Of a DNA stretch of 50,745 nt, positions 34,490-42,739 are shown in pieces. The stretch covers positions 1 through 50,745 of the forward strand of contig CAJXXO010000001.1 in NCBI GenBank assembly GCA_913062655.1, in the 5' to 3' direction. A program made the position numbers and the translations under genes. The notes under the pieces were generated by a model that saw only the letters and a program-made list of their open reading frames with translations, had not been told where the DNA came from and did no database searches. Each line of letters opens with the position of its first letter. Position 1 is the stretch's first letter. The DNA is from an uncultured Bacteroidota bacterium (GTDB taxonomy: Bacteria; Bacteroidota; Bacteroidia; Chitinophagales; S012-47).

Positions 34490-36523
34490 ATGGGTAAAAA
34501 AGCCAAAGCAAGAAAATCCCGATCAACCCTGCCCAAGCCCTGGTATACTGCATTGGCCCCTCAGCAGTCCTGGACCCAGGTACCCAACTTGTTGGGCGTA
34601 CTGATAAGTGTGCTCTTGCTTACATTGATCGCCTACTGGCCTACCTTCAATAATGACTTTACCAACTGGGACGATGATCTCTATGTGGCTGATAACAGGC
34701 TGGTAACACAATTTGATGTAGCCGGCATGTTTGCCCTTGATGTGGGACAAGCCATAGGGGCTGTATTTGATGAAAAACTGGCCGAAGACCTTGACAATAC
34801 AGCCTTTGTAGCGGGAAACTACCACCCGATTACCATTTTTACCCTGGCCCTGAATTACCAAATGACAGGACTCGATCCACTATCCTATCAGGTGACCAAC
34901 GTGCTGCTGCACCTGCTCAATACTTTTTTGGTCTTTCTGCTGGTATTGGCATTATCGGGTCGAAAGCCTTTGGTAGCCATTGTAACAGCGGCCTTATTTG
35001 GACTGCATCCCATGCATGTAGAGTCGGTTAGTTGGGTAGCTGAGCGAAAGGATGTGCTCTACAGTGCGTTTTTCCTCGGAGGTTTGCTTACCTACTGGCG
35101 TTATTTGGACAATAAGCACGCTGGTATGTGGTGGATAACATTGGCACTATTTCTATTGGCTTGTTTATCCAAGCCCGCAGCGGTGGTGTTTCCACTTGTG
35201 TTGCTGCTATTGCATTATTGGAAGGGAATGGGATGGTCTGATATTACCCAACACCTGCGCACACTACCCTTCTTTGCCTTCGCCCTGTTTTTTGGCTTGC
35301 TGACACTCACAGCACAGATTGATTCTGAGGCCTACGGAGGACTACAGACCTACTCATTATGGGATCGCTTTCAGATCGCTGGCTATGGTTTCATGTGGTA
35401 CATCGGTCGGTTTTTTGTTCCCTATCCACAGTCGGCCTTCTACCCCTATCCGGCCACCATCGGTGGTTTACATCTCCTTTTATTGCTTTTGGCGCTTGCT
35501 GTAGTTGTCTTCGCTTTTTGGCAAAGCCAAAGGCAGCGATGGGTCACTTTTGGTATTCTCTTCTTTGCGCTTAATCTTTTGTTGGTCTTGCAATTTGTAA
35601 GTGTAGGTTCAGCTATCGTGGCGGAGCGCTACACTTATCTGCCTTACATCGGATTGGGATGGTTAGTTGGATTTGTGGTACACAAAGAGTGGCCTCGAGG
35701 CAAACTGGGAAAGCCACTAGGCTACGGAATGGTGGTGGTGTTGCTTGTATTTGCCGGGTTGACCTACAATCGTGCCCAGGTTTGGGCCAATACAGAAACC
35801 TTGTTTACCGATGTGCTGGAAAACCATCCCACCGCTGTAGTCGCTTGGAACAATCGTGGACACTACTATCGGTTGAAGAGTGATGAGGTGCCTGAAACAG
35901 AGCGAGGTTTTTGGCTGGACAAGGCCTTTAGCGATTATAATCAAGCCCTGGCCGTAGACCCAAACTACCATCTTGGCTACAGTAACCGGGGAAAAGTATG
36001 GTTTGAACGAAAGAATTTTCAGGAAGCTATAGCTGATTATTCACGGTCACTCGAATTGCGAGAATCAGCGGTAGTATTGGTCAATCGGGGGGCGGCCTAC
36101 GCTAGTATCGGACAGTTGAACGAAGCATTACAAGATTTTAACCAGGCCATATCCCTCAATCCAGACTACCCGGAAAGCTACTTCAACCGGGGTATTGTGT
36201 ACCAACAGCAGCAACAATTTGAGCTGGCTCTGGCTGATTTTGAGACCTATCTCACTTACCAACCCCGGGCAACAGGCATTATGAATAGCATGGGGGTTAT
36301 TTACCAATCGATGGGTGATCATGCCGGTGCTATTCCCCACTTTTCGAAAGCCATACAGATAGGTTATGAAGATCAGGAACCTGATTTGGGTGCCTATTTT
36401 TATAATAGAGCTTTGTCGTATCGAGTTGTACAACAATTAGAAGCCGCACGGCAGGATGCCCGACAAGCTGAACAGCTCGGGTACCCTGTACCGGCCGGAT
36501 TCAAACAAGCCTTGGGCATTTGA
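34490..36523 (+). CDS. Polytopic membrane protein with C-terminal TPR repeats (PMT/TMTC-like glycosyltransferase family 39-type architecture)
   Basis: The ORF opens at 34418; I prefer ATG 34490 (MGKKAKARK). About 11 TM helices are followed by ~6 TPR units (WNNRGHYY.., YSNRGKVW.., LVNRGAAY.., YFNRGIVY.., MNSMGVIY.., YYNRALSY). Confidence 0.7.
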   Translation: MGKKAKARKSRSTLPKPWYTALAPQQSWTQVPNLLGVLISVLLLTLIAYWPTFNNDFTNWDDDLYVADNRLVTQFDVAGMFALDVGQAIGAVFDEKLAEDLDNTAFVAGNYHPITIFTLALNYQMTGLDPLSYQVTNVLLHLLNTFLVFLLVLALSGRKPLVAIVTAALFGLHPMHVESVSWVAERKDVLYSAFFLGGLLTYWRYLDNKHAGMWWITLALFLLACLSKPAAVVFPLVLLLLHYWKGMGWSDITQHLRTLPFFAFALFFGLLTLTAQIDSEAYGGLQTYSLWDRFQIAGYGFMWYIGRFFVPYPQSAFYPYPATIGGLHLLLLLLALAVVVFAFWQSQRQRWVTFGILFFALNLLLVLQFVSVGSAIVAERYTYLPYIGLGWLVGFVVHKEWPRGKLGKPLGYGMVVVLLVFAGLTYNRAQVWANTETLFTDVLENHPTAVVAWNNRGHYYRLKSDEVPETERGFWLDKAFSDYNQALAVDPNYHLGYSNRGKVWFERKNFQEAIADYSRSLELRESAVVLVNRGAAYASIGQLNEALQDFNQAISLNPDYPESYFNRGIVYQQQQQFELALADFETYLTYQPRATGIMNSMGVIYQSMGDHAGAIPHFSKAIQIGYEDQEPDLGAYFYNRALSYRVVQQLEAARQDARQAEQLGYPVPAGFKQALGI

Positions 36524-37104
36524 GTATGGACATCGGACTTTTCTTTGGTAGTTTCAATCCCATTCACACCGGCCATGTAATCATAGCCAACCACGTGGTC
36601 TATCATACCAGTCTTGATGAAGTGTGGCTGGTAGTATCACCGCAAAATCCATTCAAGGAAAAACATAAAATGCTGGATGCCTATGACCGCCTGCACTTGG
36701 TGGAGCTGGCCCTGGAAGGCAATGACAAATTGCGTAGTTCAAACATAGAGTTCAACTTGCCCAAGCCTTCCTACACCATTGACACATTGACCTACCTCCA
36801 TGAGAAATATCCGCAACATCGCTTTTCTTTATTGATGGGCGGTGACAACCTGCTCCATTTTCACAAGTGGAAGAATCATGAGCAGATCATTGCGAAGCAC
36901 CATATATACGTGTACAAGCGTCCCGACTCTACCCCCGATCAATGGGCGGCACATCCACAGGTAACCTTACTGCCAGACACCCCCAGCCTGGAGATTTCCT
37001 CCACCTTCATCCGGCAACAAATCAAACTAGGGTTTCCCATTACTTACCTCGTACCTCCGGCTGTTGAACAATACATCGATGAGATGGGTTTTTACAAGGA
37101 TTAG
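36520..37104 (+). CDS. nadD: Nicotinate-nucleotide adenylyltransferase
   Basis: 194 aa. It has the (H/T)xGH nucleotidyltransferase motif GLFFGSFNPIHTGHVIIA and a C-terminal ISST-type motif (LEISSTFIRQ). Overlaps the previous gene by 4 nt. Confidence 0.9.
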   Translation: MSMDIGLFFGSFNPIHTGHVIIANHVVYHTSLDEVWLVVSPQNPFKEKHKMLDAYDRLHLVELALEGNDKLRSSNIEFNLPKPSYTIDTLTYLHEKYPQHRFSLLMGGDNLLHFHKWKNHEQIIAKHHIYVYKRPDSTPDQWAAHPQVTLLPDTPSLEISSTFIRQQIKLGFPITYLVPPAVEQYIDEMGFYKD

Positions 37105-37528
37105 CTGCTGATCCTCAATCGATTTGCATACTTATACACCGCCTTATCTACAAGGTGTGGAATGGTGGTGTATTTCTTAGGGAAAACTGTGGGAAGGCGA
37201 ATGGCCATTCTCTTCCCTTCACGGGTCTGTTCACAAACCCGCATTTACCCACCACTTATCCGCATTCCATTAACAGCTAAGTCACTTTGGTAAGGGCACA
37301 TTTTATGCTGTTAATAGACTTTCCACAGCTTGTGCGTAAACGTAAAAAATACCTGATTTTCAGGTTAAGCGAATGTTAACCCCAGGTGGATAACAGGCTA
37401 CTTTTTTGGGAAAACAGATTATCCAAGCAATGGCCAAATAAATTGCCCACGAATGCACACCCCTAATAATGATGATAAGATTATTACATAAAGAGAGTTA
37501 CTATAAAAGAAGGGGTGTGTAAGTTGAA
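37105..37528. other. 424-bp non-coding gap between convergent genes, with DnaA-box-like motifs, an AT-rich tract and several hairpins (candidate replication or recombination site, or an ncRNA locus)
   Basis: No ORF of 60 aa or more on any frame. Motifs are listed in the corresponding finding. Confidence 0.3.
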
Positions 37529-38038
37529 TCAGGTGCTTTGCACAAACTGGTCGAAGGCTCTTATTTCTGCCTGCAGATATTTTTTGTGATTGTAGAAAAG
37601 AAAGGCAAGCGAACGCAATGGAGGGGATGGAATGACGATCTCATCTTCTACTTTTACGAAGGACATGTTATCCTGCTCCCAAATCTTGTAGATACGGTTG
37701 ACTTTGAAAGGGCCGGAAGATCTGATTGAATATTGTTGGATGAAATGGGCCTCATCTTGTATTTGTGCCCGATAAGTGATGCATTGGCCATTTCCGTAAC
37801 ATTCTTCCCATTCTTTGTGGGTGTCTGACAATATGCGGATGCTATTCACCTGGGGACGCCAACGGGTGTAATCCTGAAGGTGTAGCAATTGCTTACTCAG
37901 GGAATCGGGCGGTAAAAAATAGGAATGAGATTGACCTATAGCGATGGTCTGCGGTAGGAACCAACCTATGATGGGTAGCAGGATGGCCACTGAGAGGCTC
38001 ACCACTGCGATACCTAGTGTGATCTGGAGTAACAGCAT
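37529..38038 (-). CDS. Membrane-anchored protein of unknown function (SRPBCC/START-like is only a guess)
   Basis: The ORF opens at TTG 38080; ATG 38038 (MLLLQITLGIAVVSLSVAILLPIIGWFL) gives one N-terminal TM helix plus a ~140-aa soluble domain. I recognise no motif with confidence. Confidence 0.5.
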   Translation of the reverse strand: MLLLQITLGIAVVSLSVAILLPIIGWFLPQTIAIGQSHSYFLPPDSLSKQLLHLQDYTRWRPQVNSIRILSDTHKEWEECYGNGQCITYRAQIQDEAHFIQQYSIRSSGPFKVNRIYKIWEQDNMSFVKVEDEIVIPSPPLRSLAFLFYNHKKYLQAEIRAFDQFVQST

Positions 38039-38126
38039 ACAGGTGGTTGATGAAGGCAATGTAGCGCCTTTCCTGTCCAATGAGGGCTACATTCTATCCA
38101 CAGTATGCGAATATCTTTTGCAGGGG

Positions 38127-38768
38127 CTAGGATTTTTTCTTTTTCGGTTTATCCAACGTCAATCCATATTGCGGTAGGTCTTCTATCCTGGCCAATACAG
38201 GCCGGGCAAATTGGAATCCATTGAAACGAAAAAGGGTGGCTACTGCCCAGGCGGTGGCGTCATCTTCAGTAAGTAAGTAGATCTTATCCTCTAATTCGTA
38301 CTCCTGTATCAAAGACCCTACAAAGAGCCACTCCACATGTACTGCTTTGCTGAGATGAGCAGCGGCATATGCGGCTGCCGGCCGGAGATCCAACACTTCA
38401 ATGTTTTTGTCATGCTTGTAGTCGAGGGCAAACTCATCTCCATCCACAGGAATAACCATATCCAGTGGGATGCTATCCGGAATAGCTGTGTCTGCGGACC
38501 AATAAAAGAGAGCAACATCTTCAGGAAGACCCATTTTTTCTTGCAGGGTAGTGATGTCAATGGATTTGTCACTTGTGACGAGCACGGTTTCATTCACGGG
38601 GTAGTAGAGCAGTTGACCGATCCATTCGGCTAATTTTCCGTTCTGTGGATCTACGGCCAGACTTTGTTTGAGGTACCCCCGCGATAATTCCTCGTGTGAT
38701 CTGACGTCAATAATGTTGGTGCCTTTGTGAAAGGCCTTTTGAAGTTGGTCAGTATTGATCCAATGCAT
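38127..38768 (-). CDS. Tandem rhodanese-like domain protein lacking any cysteine
   Basis: 213 aa. It has two rhodanese-type openings (NIIDVRSHEELSRGYLKQSLAV and IEVLDLRPAAAYAAAHLSKAVHV). There is no Cys anywhere in the translation, so no catalytic loop. The tail is Lys-rich (KPKKKKS). Confidence 0.65.
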   Translation of the reverse strand: MHWINTDQLQKAFHKGTNIIDVRSHEELSRGYLKQSLAVDPQNGKLAEWIGQLLYYPVNETVLVTSDKSIDITTLQEKMGLPEDVALFYWSADTAIPDSIPLDMVIPVDGDEFALDYKHDKNIEVLDLRPAAAYAAAHLSKAVHVEWLFVGSLIQEYELEDKIYLLTEDDATAWAVATLFRFNGFQFARPVLARIEDLPQYGLTLDKPKKKKS

Positions 38769-38777
38769 GGTGCAAAG

Positions 38778-39086
38778 TTACAACACTACATCATGCACCG
38801 ATAATCTGACAAGTGCACCGGATATCCTGTACAGACGATCATAATTAATTCGGTAGTGGATATGCCGGCCTCTTCGCTTGGTTTTAAGCAGTTGATGAAG
38901 GCGAAGGGTATGCAGTTGTTGAGATACAAACGATTGTTGCACATCCAGTAGGGTGCTTATTTTACCAACTGAAGTGTTCGGCTGCTGGTGTAAAAGAAGA
39001 AGAATGTCCAACCGTTTGGAATGCATTAGGGTGGAGAGTAGGCTTAGGGAGTCTGTCAGCGCTTGGTCTTTGGGAAGTTCGGGCAT
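38778..39086 (-). CDS. ArsR/SmtB-family HTH transcriptional regulator (Cys-free)
   Basis: 102 aa. Winged-helix pattern: HSKRLDILLLLHQQPNTSVGKISTLLDVQQSFVSQQLHTLRLHQLLKTKRRGRHIHYRIN. It lies 9 nt upstream of the rhodanese-like gene. Confidence 0.8.
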   Translation of the reverse strand: MPELPKDQALTDSLSLLSTLMHSKRLDILLLLHQQPNTSVGKISTLLDVQQSFVSQQLHTLRLHQLLKTKRRGRHIHYRINYDRLYRISGALVRLSVHDVVL

Positions 39087-39122
39087 ATGAGAAGTAATAT
39101 TGGTGTTTAGTGCCCTAAAAAT

Positions 39123-39151
39123 AAAAAACCCCGGGAATCTTCCGGGGTTTT
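39123..39151 (-). terminator. Intrinsic terminator (bidirectional shape) between the two ArsR genes
   Basis: CCCCGG (39129-39134) pairs with CCGGGG (39142-39147) around a 7-nt loop. On the minus strand it is followed by TTTTTTATTTTT. It lies 23 nt past the stop at 39174. Confidence 0.75.
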
Positions 39152-39173
39152 GTTGGAGTGTGTGTTATGGTCA

Positions 39174-39533
39174 TTAAGCTGCTGTCAGATCGCCCACTAA
39201 ATGGGTAATCTCACTGATACGAGGCTTGTTTAGTGAGTAGTAAATGTACTTACCTTCACGGTTCGTCTTTACAATACCCGCTCTTCGTAAAATAGCCAAA
39301 TGTTGTGAGGCAACTGATTGCTCCAATCGCAGCTTTACATAGATTTCCGTAACGGTAAGCTGTCCGTTGTCTTCCAACAACTTGATGATAGACTGGCGTA
39401 GCTTGTGGTTAACCGCACGTAAAATCAGTGCCGCCTTTTTCATCACGGTAAAATCCAGTTTGATGTCTTCATTTACAGCATCATTCTTACTGAGAATCAG
39501 TACGTCTGATACATTTTTGTTATTCCCCTTCAT
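39174..39533 (-). CDS. ArsR-family HTH transcriptional regulator (Cys-free)
   Basis: 119 aa. Pattern: LRAVNHKLRQSIIKLLEDNGQLTVTEIYVKLRLEQSVASQHLAILRRAGIVKTNREGKYIYYSLN. Confidence 0.85.
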   Translation of the reverse strand: MKGNNKNVSDVLILSKNDAVNEDIKLDFTVMKKAALILRAVNHKLRQSIIKLLEDNGQLTVTEIYVKLRLEQSVASQHLAILRRAGIVKTNREGKYIYYSLNKPRISEITHLVGDLTAA

Positions 39534-39588
39534 AACTTCTGTTTTATGCGTAAAAAAATCGTGTTACTCTTCTTCTGTTCTGTTGCAT

Positions 39589-40251
39589 TTATCTCTTGAT
39601 GTAAACGGGCTTCAAATATAAAGGTTCGAAATAAATTAAACTTTTCCATTCTTTAAACTGGTATGACGCATAGGATAAAGCAGCCATATTCGTAGACGAA
39701 TGACGAAACTCCTGACTAAACGAGAGGGGCTCATATTTATTGTTGCGCCAATACCCTTCAGCACCGCTTCCAGCTGTTAAAAAATGATAATTTTTTGCCA
39801 CCTTTTGCCAGGGTTGTTCCTCCATTTTCCAGGCGCCCGGAGATAAAAGGGGTTGTAAATCATGTGTATAAAGGGCGCCATAGACTTCTCCCTTTCTGGA
39901 GGCGAGTAGGGGCATTCTCAAAGACGAATCATTATCGGTCATACCAGCCGCCATGGCCCGTAGCGTTGAAACTGCCAGCAAGGGGATGTCGAGCGCAAAG
40001 CATAACCCTTTAGCCGTTGAGGCGCCAATTCTCAATCCGGTATAAGATCCCGGACCTTCTGCAATAGCAACAGCATCAAGGTCTTGGTAGGTCCACCCAC
40101 TTTGCTGCAGGCAACGGTTTATGGCATAAGTCAGTTGCTCAGCATGATCATATTGTCCGCTACCCTCTTCGACAGCTATTACGTGCCCATTTTCTGCCAG
40201 ACAGACAGAGCATAGGTGGGTAGAAGTATCAATATTGAGAATACGTGCCAC
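39589..40251 (-). CDS. tsaB: tRNA t6A37 threonylcarbamoyl-transfer protein TsaB
   Basis: 220 aa with a GTG start. Motifs: ILNIDTSTHLCSVCL and LDAVAIAEGPGSYTGLRIGASTAKGLCFALDIPLLAVSTL. Confidence 0.88.
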   Translation of the reverse strand: MARILNIDTSTHLCSVCLAENGHVIAVEEGSGQYDHAEQLTYAINRCLQQSGWTYQDLDAVAIAEGPGSYTGLRIGASTAKGLCFALDIPLLAVSTLRAMAAGMTDNDSSLRMPLLASRKGEVYGALYTHDLQPLLSPGAWKMEEQPWQKVAKNYHFLTAGSGAEGYWRNNKYEPLSFSQEFRHSSTNMAALSYASYQFKEWKSLIYFEPLYLKPVYIKR

Positions 40252-41906
40252 TAAAAGGTAACCTCAAATGATTTCTCCTCTTCGCCACGTTGTACAACCA
40301 CGGTGGTGGTATCGCCTTTTTTAAATTGGCTCAGTCCCTTCATGTAGGACATCATATCCACCACCGGTACAGGTCCCATCTGTATCACAATATCACCATC
40401 TTCAATGCCGGCTTTATCAGCAGGCCGGCCATCCCTAACGCCTTCAATGCGCATCCCTTTTCCATCATAGAGGTAATCTGGAATAACGCCCAGCGATACG
40501 GTGAAGCGAGGGGCATTTTTATTGTTGTCGTCTTTAGTTGGGGTGAATTCGAGGTGCCCATCATCGTTGAGTTGCTCAATGAATGACTGCAAGTAGTTAT
40601 ATACTAATCCAAGCCCGGTGTAGTTGATCAATTCTGCATCATCAGATGGGCGGTGATAGTCTTCATGCGTTCCGGTGAAAAAGTGTACTACAGGTATGTC
40701 CTTTAGATAAAATGAGGTATGATCGGAAGGCCCAATGCCCGAAGAGGAGGTGCTAACCTTAACGCCCTCCACTTTAATCGATTCTACTACTTCAGTAATG
40801 GTGGGTGAAGTACCTACCCCATTGATCGCCAGATTACCTTCCTCATCCAGCCGGCCTACCATATCGAGGTTGACCATGTAATTTACCTGGTCGAGGTCTA
40901 TCATGGGGTTTTTTACAAAATAGTTGGAGCCGTATAAGCCTAACTCTTCTCCGCTAAAGGCAATAAACAGGTAATTATTGTTGGCCAGAGTTTCATTGTC
41001 TTTCAGGAAACGAGCCAATTCCATAATCACCGCTACACCTGAAGCATTATCATCTGCTCCATTGTGAATAGCCGGCTCATCACCTGTGTATAATGATCCG
41101 GATACACCATAGCCCAAATGATCATAGTGCGCTCCGATCACTACGGTATTGGGTGCTTCATTATTGATCCATCCGATCACATTGTGGCCGGTACGTACAT
41201 CCTCATTAATGCGAATGGTAATGGATGCATGGGCCCCATCAGGTAACAGGCTTTTGTCCTTGACAAAAAGAATGGGCAGGTTTTGGTAGGGTTTGATCTT
41301 GGTGTCCAAATTGTCGGATGGGTCTTCACAGTTGGGATCCGTATTGACAAAGATGACACCGGCCGCTCCTTTTTCTTTGGCCTTTTCAATTTTAGTGGTC
41401 AGGTCCAGGTGAGCCAAATATTTGGAGTGAGGATGTTTACCATCCGGAGAGCTCACTTCAATGACCAGGATATGATCGCTCGGATCCAGATCTGCATAGT
41501 CGTTGTAATTATTTTCAGGGGCCTCAATGCCATATCCGGCATGTTTTAGTTTGCCTTTCATGGTGACATTGCCTGAGTAGGACAAAGGATAGTAATCGTT
41601 TTTTCCTATGATTTCTCCGTCTATCATCACCATGGTAGAGGGATCTACCTGCCGTTGAAAGGTGAAATCAAACGCCTGCAAATAATTGTCACCAAGGGGT
41701 TCCAGTCCAATGTCTTCATATTGTTCCGAGATATAGCGAAAGGCTATTGCCTCCCCGGGTGTACCGGTGAGCCTGCCTTCCAGACTATCAGCAGCTAAAA
41801 AGTAGACGTGATCCTTCATGCGCGAGATGGCGTCCTGTGCATTGGTGGCAACAGGCAATAGAAGAACAGAGGTCAGAAGCAGAATGGCGAAACGGATGTA
41901 CATCAT
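40251..41906 (-). CDS. M28-family aminopeptidase with PA-like insert and C-terminal PDZ domain
   Basis: 551 aa with a signal peptide. Zn-ligand contexts are NVIGWI..VIGAHYDHLG, GADDNASGVAVIMELARFL, FIAFSGEELGLYGS and SDHTSF. The PDZ-like tail is IEGVRDGRPADKAGIEDGDIVIQMG. Confidence 0.85.
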   Translation of the reverse strand: MMYIRFAILLLTSVLLLPVATNAQDAISRMKDHVYFLAADSLEGRLTGTPGEAIAFRYISEQYEDIGLEPLGDNYLQAFDFTFQRQVDPSTMVMIDGEIIGKNDYYPLSYSGNVTMKGKLKHAGYGIEAPENNYNDYADLDPSDHILVIEVSSPDGKHPHSKYLAHLDLTTKIEKAKEKGAAGVIFVNTDPNCEDPSDNLDTKIKPYQNLPILFVKDKSLLPDGAHASITIRINEDVRTGHNVIGWINNEAPNTVVIGAHYDHLGYGVSGSLYTGDEPAIHNGADDNASGVAVIMELARFLKDNETLANNNYLFIAFSGEELGLYGSNYFVKNPMIDLDQVNYMVNLDMVGRLDEEGNLAINGVGTSPTITEVVESIKVEGVKVSTSSSGIGPSDHTSFYLKDIPVVHFFTGTHEDYHRPSDDAELINYTGLGLVYNYLQSFIEQLNDDGHLEFTPTKDDNNKNAPRFTVSLGVIPDYLYDGKGMRIEGVRDGRPADKAGIEDGDIVIQMGPVPVVDMMSYMKGLSQFKKGDTTTVVVQRGEEEKSFEVTF

Positions 41907-42730
41907 AAAAAGTCAGTAAGTATTCTAAGAATTACAATAACGCTAAAGAGCACAAAAATAAGACGCAACCATTTGTTGGGTATGCGATGTGAAAGTTTAA
42001 CCCCAAGGGGTGCTCCAATTAGAACTCCACCTACAACCGGTAACACCATGGGAAAGATTATGGAGCCCTGGCTGTAAGGAAAAGCATACTCAGGATAGTG
42101 AATACCAAAGAGGTTGTAGAGCGAAAAGAAGAAGGCTACAAAGGCGATAGCACCCAAAGAGATGGAGACGGTTTTTTTGATGGGGATACGCAGCATACCA
42201 TTCAGTACGGGCACAATAACAAATCCACCACCGAGGCCACTTAATGCCGTTACCGTACCGGCAATGATACCGGTAACAACGAAGTATTTGGGTTTTATGC
42301 CATCCAACCGTGCCATGGGTATTTTATCTTGCAGGATCATACGCAAGATCACCGGAATCATAATGAGAGAAAAAAGCACAGCAAAAATCTCTTTGGTGTA
42401 AAGGCCGGATACACTAATCAAATAGGAAGTTACAACAGCTGCCAAGACGCCCGGAATACCGATCCATACAATAGAACCCGGAAAAAAATTCTTCGATAAG
42501 TATTGCCGAATACTACCAGAAAGGCCGGCAAAAACCAACGCAAATACGGTGTTGGCAATCAACAGGCTTACCAGTTCGGCACTGTCAATGGGTTTGGCGC
42601 TGAAGTCTCTGATGAACAGCGAAAAGATGAATACATAGATGATACCACCACCTATACCCAGCAAACCTGCGAGGATACCGCCCCCTATTCCGGTCGCAAA
42701 TAGGAGTGCTATATCCAATGCATCGATCAA
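41903..42730 (-). CDS. Sulfite exporter TauE/SafE family membrane protein
   Basis: 275 aa with 7-8 TM helices. The G-rich motifs are duplicated (GLLGIGGGIIYV and LSGLGGGFVIVPVL). Overlaps the M28 gene by 4 nt. Confidence 0.85.
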   Translation of the reverse strand: MIDALDIALLFATGIGGGILAGLLGIGGGIIYVFIFSLFIRDFSAKPIDSAELVSLLIANTVFALVFAGLSGSIRQYLSKNFFPGSIVWIGIPGVLAAVVTSYLISVSGLYTKEIFAVLFSLIMIPVILRMILQDKIPMARLDGIKPKYFVVTGIIAGTVTALSGLGGGFVIVPVLNGMLRIPIKKTVSISLGAIAFVAFFFSLYNLFGIHYPEYAFPYSQGSIIFPMVLPVVGGVLIGAPLGVKLSHRIPNKWLRLIFVLFSVIVILRILTDFL

Positions 42731-42739
42731 GGAGTTAGC

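Noticed and set aside
37481-37491. dif-like motif. On the minus strand TTATGTAATAA resembles the XerD arm (TTATGTTAAAT / TTATGTAAACT) in the AT-rich tract between convergent genes.
   Set aside because: The 17 nt that would form the XerC arm and spacer (TTTTATAGTAA + CTCTCT) do not resemble known dif sites. The match is short and AT-rich, so it is easily due to chance. It is retained only as an alternative hypothesis in the finding for 37105..37528.
37105-37528. Whether the 424-bp gap encodes tmRNA, RNase P RNA or SRP RNA.
   Set aside because: I found none of the conserved strings on either strand. There is no GGGGCTGA 5' end and no GGTTCGA..CCACCA 3' end for tmRNA. There is no GAGGAAAGTCC P4 element for RNase P RNA, and no GGTCCGGAAGGAAGCAGC for SRP RNA. 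A novel sRNA cannot be excluded.
39623-39630. GGTTCGAA, a T-loop-like string suggesting a tRNA.
   Set aside because: It lies inside the tsaB coding sequence. The flanking sequence cannot form acceptor or T stems.
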